A stretch of DNA of 63,859 nucleotides, the filler included, from Rhabdomonas costata (Eukaryota), in NCBI GenBank assembly GCA_019059605.1. It is 36 parts of 36 records of this genome, joined end to end, with 100 filler letters (N's around TTAATTAATTAA, not from the genome) between each part and the next. Parts side by side here need not be neighbours in the genome. Positions count along the whole stretch, not along the records: positions 24,884 to 26,561 come from JAHMHO010010816.1; positions 26,662 to 28,337 come from JAHMHO010010817.1; positions 28,438 to 30,114 come from JAHMHO010010818.1; positions 30,215 to 31,891 come from JAHMHO010010819.1; positions 31,992 to 33,668 come from JAHMHO010010820.1; positions 33,769 to 35,445 come from JAHMHO010010821.1; positions 35,546 to 37,222 come from JAHMHO010010822.1; 29 more parts are not named here. One strand, 5' to 3'. This document shows, in pieces, positions 25,101-36,311 of the stretch. Made by a program: the position numbers and the translations under genes. The notes beneath the pieces are model-generated. The model ran no database searches and was not told the DNA's origin. It saw nothing but the letters and a program-made list of their open reading frames with translations. Position 1 is the stretch's first letter. Each line of letters starts with the position of its first letter.

Positions 25101-25940
25101 GTGATGTCCCATAATTTGACTGGGCATAATTTCACTTGTTTTCTCCAAAGCTCATTTGGCGATGCGGCTGGGAACTTTAAATTGGGTGGTAAATGAGAGG
25201 CACTGATTTCAATCTCTCTTTTTGCGTTACTCCACTTTTCCTGTGGCTCTCCAGCCACTGATGTCACTTGTATTTGGTCGTGCAGTTCCGATTAGACAGT
25301 TTCTGCAGTAAAAACATACTCAGTTTGGTTTCCAAGTTGGTTTCGCTTCATCCAGTCATGACATTGCAAACTGTGAAGCACGCAGCAGTCAGCTGCAACT
25401 CCTGGTATTTCTGTAGAATTGCCTCGTCTTGGAGTGGTGGTGATCTGTATGAGGCATACATCATCTTCATCTCACCGAATATCCTTCTCCACCGCGAAAT
25501 GCTCCACCGCCATTCCAAACGTCTGTATCTTATCTGGCAAATGTGTCAGGGATGCTTTTACATGAATTACATCTGAATAAGTAAGCATGACCTCTCTTTC
25601 TCTTTCTGAGACTTTGGTTGCCAAATTTGATGAGATGGCCCCGTGGTTTACACCTACTCCGTGGAGGGTGTGAAGCCCACCCTCGCGACCCTTCCGCACG
25701 GTTTCGCAGCCTTCGCGCTTGTTAGAAGACGCTCCTACGCCTGGAATTCACACTCACTACCTTCCACGTACCGTTGGGCCGCTTTCCAAAATGGGTCAAA
25801 TTTTCCTCATTTTCACCCCTTTTGAAGCCCTTTTTGACGCCAAAAAGCCCACTTTTCAAGGCTTTTTGCCAAAAACAATCCGCCACCAGAGCCTCAAAAA
25901 TCTTTCAAATCCGCACGAAGACGCGTTTTCCCCAACTATT

Positions 25941-26040
25941 GACGTCAAAAACGTCATGTTGAGTCGATTTCCGGAGGGTCGATTTTTTTCACCCCGGACA
26001 CCCCATTTTAGACCCTTACATGGTACCACCGAGGCAAGAT
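25941..26040 (-). repeat. Dispersed repeat copy 2 (homologous to 19791-19886)
   Basis: The reverse complement, TTGCCTCGGTGGTACCATGTAAGGGTCTAAAATGGGGTGTCCGGGGTGAAAAAAATCGACCCTCCGGAAATCGAC..., matches copy 1. Confidence 0.8.
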
Positions 26041-27059
26041 AGTCAAATAGAAGCACAAAACCGTGTTTTTTGTGTTCTACGACACAAAAATGTGGGAATG
26101 GGTCACATTTTTTGAGCTGGACTAGAATACTTCTATAGTCCAAAAACTCAATTTTTGGCGTTTTTTGAGAATAAATTTTGGCAATGTCCGCGGGCCCAAA
26201 AATTAAAATTTTCCATGAGGGGGGTATTGGGTACGAAAATTGAAATCGTCGAATTATTTCCAAATTTTTTAATCGGATAGATCACCCACAAATCTGGGGC
26301 TTGAATGCCAAATATGGGTGGGAAGTAAAGTGTATATGGAGGAGAAGTAAAAAAGCATGGAGGTGCACGAGAATAAAGCACTTGAGCAAGGGAGGCCAAA
26401 GTTGAAGTGGAAGGCAAAGAGGAAGCGACGAACTTCTGAGACCAGAAGCAGGAATACCCAGGAGAGTAAGACGGCAAAGTAGTCAAGAGCGTTCGCGGGG
26501 GTGGGGGACACGACCGTATGAAGCCAGCTGGGATCAAACCAACACCAAACACACCCACCACNNNNNNNNNNNNNNNNNNNNNNNNNNNNNNNNNNNNNNN
26601 NNNNNTTAATTAATTAANNNNNNNNNNNNNNNNNNNNNNNNNNNNNNNNNNNNNNNNNNNNCCCTCGCCTGTCAGTGTTTTCATGGCAGCCATTCTGGTG
26701 GCATATTTGCGTTCCCGTTTTCTTTTATTCAGTCCTTTTCTTGCGAATTTTCTTTCCACTCTTTATCCTTGAAGGACGCGGAAGAACTTCTCGCGATTTC
26801 GCGAGTCGAGTCCCCAAGTCGCCGCATGTGAAGGGATGGGAGAGGGGGGTACCATTTTTACAAATGTGTTTAGATTTATTGACTCCACCATATTCAGCAG
26901 AAGACGGGGTACGACAATGGGCTCTCTATTTAAGGCTCTGCACAAGGCGTTGCACACTTGGAGAATCTCTGGCTTTTTGTTCTGCGCACAAGTCAGAGAG
27001 CCCATTTTTTGCTGAATCCCGAAGGGAAGGAGTGCAAGATGACAGCTGGAATGTCTGGC

Positions 27060-27385
27060 TTTACGTTCTCCAAGACTCCGCAGCGGGGGCAGCGCGCCGG
27101 TTGATGTCGAGGAGGCGCCCGAGCGTGAAGGGGAACAGGCCCAGCTCACAACGGATCAGCCGATGGATGGTGGTTCGGGGAAGACCTGTCCTTGCACTCA
27201 GCTTTTGGACTGAGTGCCCTGGGTTTCGACGGATGTCGACTTGCTGTGTCGGGCACCCTCCTTGCTCGAACTCCTGAGCCTATACCTCAGGGTCTCCCTC
27301 GATGGCACCGCCCGGCGGCCCCTCAACCGCCAGGCGAAGGGCCGCGCCCGATCCTGGGCCCGCAGCGCGGGACTCCTTGGCATTG
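27060..27385 (-). mobile_element. Degenerate Tc1/mariner-superfamily transposase, N-terminal HTH region
   Basis: AWRLRGRRAVPSRETLRYRLR, frameshift, then EFEQGG...IRRNPGHSVQKLSARTGLPRTTIHRLIRCELGLFPF. This matches the paired HTH of Tc1/mariner transposases (DUF4817-type first HTH). No DDD/E domain seen. Confidence 0.72.
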
Positions 27386-27949
27386 TACGGGCGCAGAATA
27401 CAATGCAAAGAAAAGTTGGCGTAGACAGGGCTGTAACAAAAAACCTTGTTGGTTTTAAGCGGTGGGGAAAAACTGGGTTTTTGGCTCAGTTTAGCTCACC
27501 TTTTTTATATTCTTTTTCCCCAGAGTAAGAAAGCTTCTGTATTGCCCCAGAGTACGAAAGAAACAACCACAGGCACGAATGTGCAGTACACAGCCGAAAG
27601 GCAGTTTCACAGGGTTTCTGGCATGCACATTTGGTGGGGAGGGCGGCACGCATGCGTGTGATATTGCATGGGTAATGCCAATACGTTAAACGGGGGTTGT
27701 GTGGGGTTGCAGCTTGGTGTGCTCAGATTTCTGGGTGTGTGAGGTAGGCACCGGGGGTCAGCACGGAGATTCGAGCTTGGGCTGTGCACGGCCTGCATCG
27801 GGTCAGCAGGATGGCTTGCGAACACTGACCTCTGACCACTCTAAAACCGGGACCATCCTTGAAGGGAAAAGCGTTATAATAAAAACCAGGTTCTCTCCCG
27901 GCGGCGAGACAGCCCTCCCCCAAGACGCGCTTTGATCTCCAGCTCGAGA

Positions 27950-28262
27950 GCTTCGCAATTAAATCGAGTCCCCCGTCTCAATGGCTTGCTCAACACTCCA
28001 CCATACGGCAAGGTCTCCTGGAAAGAGTGCCACTTCGAGACAAAGTGCGGATCACGAGCTAAGCTCAGCAGCACGCCGGTGCCTGGCTGGAGGTTCCAAC
28101 CACCTTGGTTTTCACCTGAGTTCCTACTGCGTACCAATTTTCATCTGGTTCTTCCTCTTCTCCCAGGAGTAGCAGCGGGAAGCACTGTGACCAGTGTAGA
28201 CAGCCTATGGACTCAATTGGTGATCATCTCGTCTCTTGCTGGCAAGCGGGAGTGGAAAGGGC
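27950..28262 (+). mobile_element. Degenerate non-LTR retrotransposon C-terminal fragment, RLE type (CRE-like), copy 1
   Basis: RDKVRITS*AQQHAGAWLEVP ... PEFLLRTNFHLVLPLL ... HCDQCRQPMDSIGDHLVSCWQAG, a C-x2-C-x9-H-x3-C knuckle, with stops and frameshifts. Confidence 0.75.
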
Positions 28263-28437
28263 CCCGTGCATCCATTTTATTCCCGTTGGGGTGGACTTTT
28301 GGCGCTTAGGGGCAAGAGGGTCAGGCCAGAGGGGCAGNNNNNNNNNNNNNNNNNNNNNNNNNNNNNNNNNNNNNNNNNNNNTTAATTAATTAANNNNNNN
28401 NNNNNNNNNNNNNNNNNNNNNNNNNNNNNNNNNNNNN

Positions 28438-29014
28438 CGCAGCCCATGCCGACCACAGTGGCCCTCTTTTGCAGGGCCTGGGCCGTCGAAGAGCAGATCT
28501 CCTCCGTGCTTCCGGAGTGGGAGCAAGCCAGAACCAGAGAGTGACTGTCGACGTAGGCTGGGCAAGTGTAGCCCTGGACCACGTGGATGGGAAGGCATGC
28601 AAGGTCGAAGACGTACGACTTCACCAAGTTTGCCAACGCGGCGGAACCCCCACCTGCCGTAGTTTGCAGCACCAAATGACCACGGTACAGGAAGCAACAT
28701 AGCATCAAAATAAATCACGAGGATTTCGAAGAATCTTCAGCTTAATAAATTGCAATGTCTCGGCGCGTTTTCGGGCTTAAACCCAAAATCGATGAGTCAC
28801 AATTCTCCAAAAGCCCACCCCGCCACTCCATACCTGTGCCCAGAACGACCACCTCGTGCTTGTCCTGCACACTCATCGCAGGCAGCTCCAGGCTGTCCAC
28901 CAGAGCGATGGCTGAGGTGAACTGCCAGGCATACGTTCCCTGCAGGCCCAGCATGTCTAGGGGGTCCATGGCGTGGATGGCCTCAGGGTCATCGAGCACA
29001 GCCTCCTCCGCCAT
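28438..29014 (-). CDS. Prokaryote-type bifunctional phosphoglucose/phosphomannose isomerase (SIS domain), N-terminal part; exons 29014-28834 and 28653-28438
   Basis: MAEEAVLDDPEAIHAMDPLDMLG...VVVLGTG|GGSAALANLVKSY...PIHVVQGYTCPAYVDSHSLVLACSHSGSTEE matches the PGI/PMI motifs GxGGS, GY.LP.FV and SxSGxTEE. 180-nt GT-AG intron. Confidence 0.85.
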
Positions 29015-29489
29015 TTGAAAGAAACCAGTTCAAACAAAACCTAATGGGAAAAAACACCTGCAATTCTGACCAGTGGTTCGGGGTGGGGTTGAAAGGATTC
29101 GTCGAGGAGTGGGAAATCAGTATACGCATCAACAGACATGCATTCCAGGGTTGCCAGGCCATCCAACTAAAAAAGCAAAAGGAATCCAAGTGGAGACAAA
29201 AAATGGAACAATCAGAAACTCGCGTTGCCATGGATGGCAAAGACAACAAGAGTACTCGGCGTGTTACCCCAATTCGAAATCAAAAAATTCCAAGAAAAGG
29301 GATATATATAGGCCTCACAAATTTCTGGCAACCACGTTTCATAAACAAGCCTCAACTTTCCGAAGAGCAAAGGGAAAAAATAGGAACGCTGATCCACTTC
29401 GCAACGATATTCACAACACGTGAAGAACAAGCAATTACAGCTCACTTGACAAACGCCACAGCGAAAAAAATCTCCTACGAGTGAGTCCT

Positions 29490-30092
29490 TCACCCTACCC
29501 TCAGGCTGGTTTGAACTTCAGGGGCCCCTGTGCCTCCAGAACTCATCCGGGGTGACATTCGAACCGCTGCAGAGAGGCTACGCTGAGAGGAGTGTCGCCG
29601 GGCGTGGGGAAGGCTGCGCCGCACAAGCTGCCCGTAGCTACCCATGTCCACGGCCGCCCCGGAGTTTGAGAATGCTGCGGCATCCCGCGGATCGGAGCCC
29701 TGCGAGGAGCACGAGGACGAGGAGCTGCTGCTGGTGTCCTGGCCAAGGGCGAGGTGGGCGTGGCACAATCGTCTCAAGCTCATGCTGCTAGCAGTCTCCC
29801 CACGGGTATCCATATACACAACCCCTGCAGTTGCAGGTACACCCGCTGCTGCACAGGAGCCCGACTGAGGCAGTAGGGAGCTCACCGTCACTGCACGGGG
29901 CTGAGAGTTGGCCACCTCGGTGAAAGCACCTCTGGAGCTGAACGGCGTGCAACTGGAAGAACGAGCTGGAGCCCTCTCAGGTTTTCGACCACAGCATAAC
30001 TCAGTTTGTACAAAAGCATCGTGCAAACTTCGTTGAGCGCCACCGGCCGGCATCGATCCAGAAGAGGAACCATATAAAATGTGTCCACCCAC
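29490..30092 (-). CDS. Low-complexity Ser/Ala-rich exon of an upstream unknown gene
   Basis: 200-codon open frame on the same strand as the PGI/PMI gene. No family motif. Confidence 0.4.
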   Translation of the reverse strand: MGGHILYGSSSGSMPAGGAQRSLHDAFVQTELCCGRKPERAPARSSSCTPFSSRGAFTEVANSQPRAVTVSSLLPQSGSCAAAGVPATAGVVYMDTRGETASSMSLRRLCHAHLALGQDTSSSSSSSCSSQGSDPRDAAAFSNSGAAVDMGSYGQLVRRSLPHARRHSSQRSLSAAVRMSPRMSSGGTGAPEVQTSLRVG

Positions 30093-31108
30093 CCCAGGGT
30101 CATCATTAGAGTCANNNNNNNNNNNNNNNNNNNNNNNNNNNNNNNNNNNNNNNNNNNNTTAATTAATTAANNNNNNNNNNNNNNNNNNNNNNNNNNNNNN
30201 NNNNNNNNNNNNNNGGGTTGTGGGGCACGTGGACAAAATGATGCAGAACACGCTGGTTTTTGTTGTCGTCAATTTTTTAAAAGTCGTTTTCAGCGTAGCT
30301 AGGGGACGCGTGAATACAAGAGCGTCTGGAGGAGTGGTTGAAAGTCGAACATCAAAGGTCAAGCTTTGCGACTTCAAAAGTAGAGATAAAGGCTTGTGGG
30401 GAAAGAAGTGCAAGGAGCAATAGGGCAATCAGATGCATCGAGGAGAGGGAATAGTACCGGGAGGTGCATTGAGGCAGCTAAAATTGAGAAAAATCTGAGC
30501 AAATTTGAGCTTCAGATTCTGATGCAAGCAGGTCTTTCTCGTTTTTCTTCTCATTGGCGCCTCTCTCATCTCTCTCTCGCCTGCCTCCTATATCTGAGGT
30601 TACTTTATCTTGAAGCCCTCTCTCGTTTGCCCCGTCTCATGCCCGAGGGCCGTTAATAACGTCAAAAATAACCAACAAATTGTTTCGAAGGGTGGCCGGA
30701 AAAGGCAAAATGGCGCAACAGCACAGAGCAAGAGGATACATTGTCACATTGTTACATTGGGAGACTAAGACCTTTCCTCATCGGACCAGTATATTTACAG
30801 TGCGACCCATCTAATCTAAACAAGCCGGCTGGGAACAGAAGGCTTTTTCGCAGTCCGAAAGTCCAGCACGGTTTCTGCGAAACATCCTCCTTCACGTTCC
30901 GGCTTCGCGGCCTAAAACCGTCTGGAACGCAGGGCGGTTATAATTTTTGCCCACCTTCCTAGTCGCGGTTGTGGGGTTTCTCACTAACAACAAAATCACG
31001 TCCGTTTTTCGGGAAGTGCACTCGCTGGAGGGCCAACTCAATCAAATTAAACCCATCAACCAGGGGGAAAACCCACTCAAGTGACAAAAACGGTTACAAA
31101 TACCCCAC

Positions 31109-31775
31109 TCAGTACACGGGAAAACTCGGGTCTACGCACCTACCCCATTCCAGTAGCCCACCTCGCACGTTGAAAACGGCCTCCCAGCCATCCTTTAGCA
31201 GCGCTTGCACAGCGGTCGCCGATGCCACGCCGCGTCGGCAGATGACGTACACGGGAAGTGCGCGGGGGTCAGAGGTCCCCTCTGAATCCCCCACGACTTC
31301 TCGCAGTCTCTGTAGCGTGAGAAGGGAGCAGGGCAAGCTCCCCAGGGGAAGGTTCACGGCCTCTGGCAGGGCAGCAATACTGAACTCGTGGGTCGGACGC
31401 ACGTCCACCAACACATAGGCTGTTAAAACGACAATGAGACGGATAATTTTTTTCTGTTCAGTTCTACCAGAGATGTTCACAAACCACATGTTTAAATGCA
31501 GTCGGATGTCAGGTGTCAGAGTGCACGGGCCCCACGGAGAGATCGTCCTAAAACGATTATTTAAAACCTTCCAATTTTCCAATACAATTCATGGCAGCGC
31601 GTGTCTTCATCCCCCAGAGCACAACCAAACGAAAGGGGGCGATACTCACAGAATAGATTCCGAGAGGCCGAGGCAGAACGCGAAGTCACCTGGCTGAGAT
31701 GTCTGCTGGCGAATCAGGGCAAAGTCGCTTACAGAGACGTCAGCCCCTTCCGGCAAGGGCAGGGGGACATAACAC
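31109..31775 (-). CDS. MOCS3: Adenylyltransferase/sulfurtransferase MOCS3/UBA4, C-terminal rhodanese domain; exons 31775-31690 and 31419-31109
   Basis: VSVSDFALIRQQTSQP|AYVLVDVRPTHEFSIAALPEAVNLPL...VYVICRRGVAS...VRGGLLEWGRCVDPSFPVY*. The VDP.FPxY C-terminus is diagnostic. Confidence 0.9.
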
Positions 31776-32210
31776 CTACCAGTGGACAAGAAGGAGGTGA
31801 GTGAAGGTCTCAGTCTTGGGGCTAAGGAGCGGGTAACGGCCGCATACACAGCTAAACTCAGTTGCACGGAGTTAACCTCAGACACAAACCCNNNNNNNNN
31901 NNNNNNNNNNNNNNNNNNNNNNNNNNNNNNNNNNNTTAATTAATTAANNNNNNNNNNNNNNNNNNNNNNNNNNNNNNNNNNNNNNNNNNNNGGTGGTGGT
32001 GTAGGAAAACAACTCGTTTCGATCCACAAAATGAGCTCTTGAAGCCGTGACACGAGAAGCCCCTGAGTCATGAGTCATGACAAGTAGCAGAGCAATGAGT
32101 GGGAGGGTTAAACGACCTACGAACGAATACCTACTATTGCAACAGCTTCGGTCCGAGGGGATTGACTGTCATTGGCAAAAAAAAAAAAGGGAAAGAGACA
32201 GGAAACGTAC

Positions 32211-32333
32211 GCAAGACGCGAGCTGGGTCGTGGGGTATTTCGGCGAGCCGCTGCACGGCGCTCCCTGTCCAGCGTGCGCCTTGCAGCTCTTGAAGCCACA
32301 CTCCGAGCACACCGCCATCATTGCACCCCCACA
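32211..32333 (-). CDS. Possible internal exon, unknown protein (WGCNDGGVLGVWLQELQGARWTGSAVQRLAEIPHDPARVL)
   Basis: CCTCAG acceptor, C|GTACGT donor, symmetric phase 1. Confidence 0.35.
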
Positions 32334-33768
32334 CTGAGGACAGCCCTGTGACTTTCCCACCCAAATAGCAACCAATAGCTATAGTAAATACGCAACTCTC
32401 CAACACTTATGGATTAGGAGAGGCCCATTAGAGCCGATCTGCTCCAGTCCGAAGGTATTACAACCACTCGGTTTGGCTCAGTTCTGCCATGATATCACTG
32501 ATGTCAAAATGGAAGTCAGTTTGTCCTGCTTCGTCCTGCAACGTCCTCTGGAGGCACTGGAATACAAGTAAAAGGCATAATGTGATGAACACACGTCTCC
32601 GCTATTTCGGGGAGGACGAAAATGACCCGTGATGGTTTAACGGCGTGCCCCTATTGCCGTGGCCAGTGCAATGCGGAAAATGTGTCCCGATTGCAAACCC
32701 GTCGAACTCTGGCTTTCAAACGTTTTTGCATTTCTGCATGTCGCTTTCCCACGCAAAAAGCGCAAAAAAAAAGGATCCCATATTTGGGGGAGTCTTGAGT
32801 TGTTTTTGGTTTCTCTCTTTACAACACTCGCCCCCGACACAACGTGGCGGAAAGAGGAAAAACAAATGAAAATTCAATGCATTCCGGATGACCCTTAAAG
32901 GCACACCTCCACAGCTCGAGAAGGGTTCGAGGCGCTGACAAAACAGCAAGAGACCACAAACCCCACATTGCGCCAGTCTTTTGCACTACCGAAAGGAAGA
33001 CAAGACCTTCTTATCTGGCTGACTATTTTCCCCCTATGCCCGATGTGTAAACATAAGACCCAAACCCAGAGAATAGGAGAGGATCTGAAAATGAAAATAG
33101 TGATGCAACTGCAGCCGAGAAAGCGAGTTGTCTGCAACATCAAATCCAATAAAAATACTACGGTCAATCCTCCTCCTCCAAATATGGCGAACACGTGCGC
33201 TCTTCGCACGTGGGTGCAAAAGAAACAGCAAGGGTCGTACGCAAGGGTCGAAAAAGCACCGCACCCCAGGGAGAAAAGGAAATGAAGCACAAGCTACAGG
33301 GTCACACACACACAAACAAACACAGACACAAGCACACCTCGGGGACACGGGGAGTTGGGGAGACCGAGGTCTGCGGCGGCACCCTTCCCGAATAACATCC
33401 TTGCTATCTTTGCGTTGGTGGTTCATCGGGGAGGCCGGCTTGTGATCCCTTTGAAACATGCACACACAGGGTGCTTGCAAAAGGAGCACATCTAAAATCA
33501 CTAATCCAATCCACATCCGCTCAGAAACATACCGCCGAAGTTAGTCATATCAAGCGTCAGCGTCACCGCGCGCAAAATACAAACGCCCGCAACCTCGTTC
33601 CGGTCTCATCTCCCTCTTGTGGCTCTGGGCTGTCTGAGAAACTTAGGTAAGTATGGAGAAACAAAAAANNNNNNNNNNNNNNNNNNNNNNNNNNNNNNNN
33701 NNNNNNNNNNNNTTAATTAATTAANNNNNNNNNNNNNNNNNNNNNNNNNNNNNNNNNNNNNNNNNNNN

Positions 33769-34502
33769 GTGGTTGGGTGCAAACCCATCCTGCCGGCGTT
33801 CACCACCGCTTTTACGAGGTACGCGGCGAGCAAGAACAAGGTTGTGGTGAAGTTCGCCACCCTGCTGAAGAATATCCTCGACAGGAAGATACCCTCGGCA
33901 GAGGACATGGCGACGATGTTCTACGACTGCCACTGTTGGGGGTGGACTGCACTGATCGACTTCAAGATGCGCGGCTTCTCTGGATGGCTCTGGGAAGACT
34001 TTTTCGTCCTTCCTGCTGCTGCGTATGTGAGCGCACAAGTGGCGATTGTCCCAAGTGCACACATCTTGTCCTGGGGCCAGAAGATCCAACGTACACCATC
34101 GTCATGGACGTGAAGGACAAGACCACCCTCCGCGAAGCTGCCGACCTTCTGGGTTCATCGGACTCAATGGCCGACTACATCGACTGTCCAACTTGCCAAC
34201 GCGTCCCTGGACCAATGAAAAGAACCACGGACTACCTGTTCAAGTCCCCGATGGTGGTCGTCGCGTTGAACATCGCTCAACCTGGGGAGAACAATTTGAC
34301 CCTCTCGGAGTTCTCCATCCAGGGGAAGAAGTTCACGGTGATGGCGACAGTGGAGTTTCATACTGGTGCTGTCGTCCACTTCACTGCCTGGGTATGCAAC
34401 AGGGCTGCGTGGTGGAAATGCGACGACATCTCCATCACCGCAGCAGATAAAGTTGCCCCCGGTAAACACGTCCTCGTGTTTGCCATGACAGGAAAGCCGT
34501 AA
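33769..34502 (+). pseudogene. Intronless ubiquitin-specific protease (USP/peptidase C19)-like C-terminal region with one frameshift near 34010-34030
   Basis: Zn-ribbon pairs CPKC and CPTC, and His-box-like MATVEFHTGAVVHFTAWVCNRAAWWKCDD. The coding-like frame switches from the 33769 ORF to the 33777 ORF. The Cys box would lie beyond the contig start. Confidence 0.68.
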
Positions 34503-35065
34503 GGCGTTTCTTTCCTTCCATCCATTCTTCTCTCCCACTCACCGTCCTTGCCCTGATGGCGTCGATGTGCCTCTTGCTCGCCGATTATATTTCTCAGGGT
34601 TTGAGCAGAGCACGAAAATTGGTTCACCCTTCAGCTTTGTTTCAGAGTGCGCAGCACATTCTGGTGGCAGAACTCTGACCTTTCTGGTGACTTTCGCGCT
34701 TTGTGCCGCGTGTCGCATGGGCAATGAAAAGCTGAATAACAATCATTGCGTAAAAAAAATACACAACTGTAAGAAAAACTCAGTGCACAAACTCAGATAC
34801 AAAGCAAATCTAAAGCAGCTGCTCATGAAAAATGTGAACAACCCGCATTATCTCAGCTGCACGGAGGAATGTTTCGGACGACTTAATCCATTCAACATTT
34901 CATTGAAGTAAAAGCAATAGAATCTGCTCATGCTGCTTTTACCAGGGAGATACACGTCGTCACTTTACTGCGATTCTTCCATAACCAAATGCGCGTAATT
35001 GGGCGCAGGATGGTGTCACTTGCTTTCCTTTACTGTGGCTTTTACCGCAGCTGAAACCCTTCTTT

Positions 35066-35445
35066 ATGTCTGACCCGTTTGAGTTCGATGTGGATGCATT
35101 TGTAGCGCAATACGTACAAAGGCACTGGTTCTCTGATGAAGCTGGCTCCGAGGGTGATCCTTCACCCAAAGAGCACCCCTGCAGCGACGGGAACCGGGAA
35201 CCGGCAGGGTCTGCTGAATCACGGCAACCTGTCTCGTGCGTCCAGCCAGTTATGCCCACAACACCGAAGCAATTAATCCACGACCTTTTTCCCGCTGAGC
35301 AACCAGGAGAGGATTCTAACCTCGCCAATCGAAAGAACTTTTGTGTGGGATGCGGCCGGACGGACGTTCGTCTTTGCCGCGCGGTGGACGTGGAGAAGCA
35401 CGCCCAGTTTCTCAAAGGTTTACCAGTGAATGACCACTTCCGCCA
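35066..35445 (+). CDS. Unknown protein N-terminus with a CxxC motif (FCVGCGR), 3' truncated
   Basis: ATG lies 15 nt after TTTTACCGCAG. Open to the contig end with no intron evident. Confidence 0.5.
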
Positions 35446-36311
35446 NNNNNNNNNNNNNNNNNNNNNNNNNNNNNNNNNNNNNNNNNNNNTTAATTAATTA
35501 ANNNNNNNNNNNNNNNNNNNNNNNNNNNNNNNNNNNNNNNNNNNNAGGCTAGCTTGTTCGTAAGTCTTGGCCGCTTCGCTCGTGCGCCGACGCGCGGTGC
35601 CTTTGCGACCGGCGCCGACCTCTTCAGGGTAGCCCTCCGAGGCATTCTCAGAAATTCAACCGAGGGCTTTGCAACAAGCCTCCTCCAAATGCAAGAAATA
35701 GACCTTGAGGGGCCAATGGGGCACAGAAATCGGAGACACCCAAACAGCTGAAAGAAGCTGGAGAATGTTTTTCAAACAGAAACAACAATACTATTGTCGT
35801 TTCGTTATAACCGCCCGAACTTCAAACAGAAACGTAACTCAATCTCCAGTCTCCAATGTTCCTTCCTTCCAACTTCTAAGTGCAAAACTTTAAAAAAAAA
35901 GCGCTCATATTACTAGCCAGGGTCACAAATTACCACAATATTCAAAGAAAAACAATACAGGGTGTGGAGAAGCAGCCAGAGGAGGCGAAGCCAGTAACTC
36001 AACTTAGGACTACTCCCATCCCAATAAGTCTGGGTCCCGACCGGCCAGCTCAAGTTATGGTCCCGGGATGTGCTGCGAAAGGAGACAGGACTCTGGTCAG
36101 ATTCAGACATCGACAAAAAAAGACACAATTAAACTCCCTAAACTCTGTTCACGTGCAGGAGGTCAATAGCTGGTACAGTCATGCCAGAAGAAAAAGTGGA
36201 GCAAGATCAATTCTCAGCACAAGTCAGGTGGACATCTCACAGGTAACACTGGTGCGCTGTACAAAAACACAGAAGCACATGCATGCACAACACGAAACTA
36301 CTACTTCCAGT

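Noticed and set aside
33995..34030. Programmed -1 frameshift in the USP-like ORF
   Set aside because: GACTTTTTC is not a canonical X XXY YYZ slippery heptamer. Mutation or amplification error is simpler.
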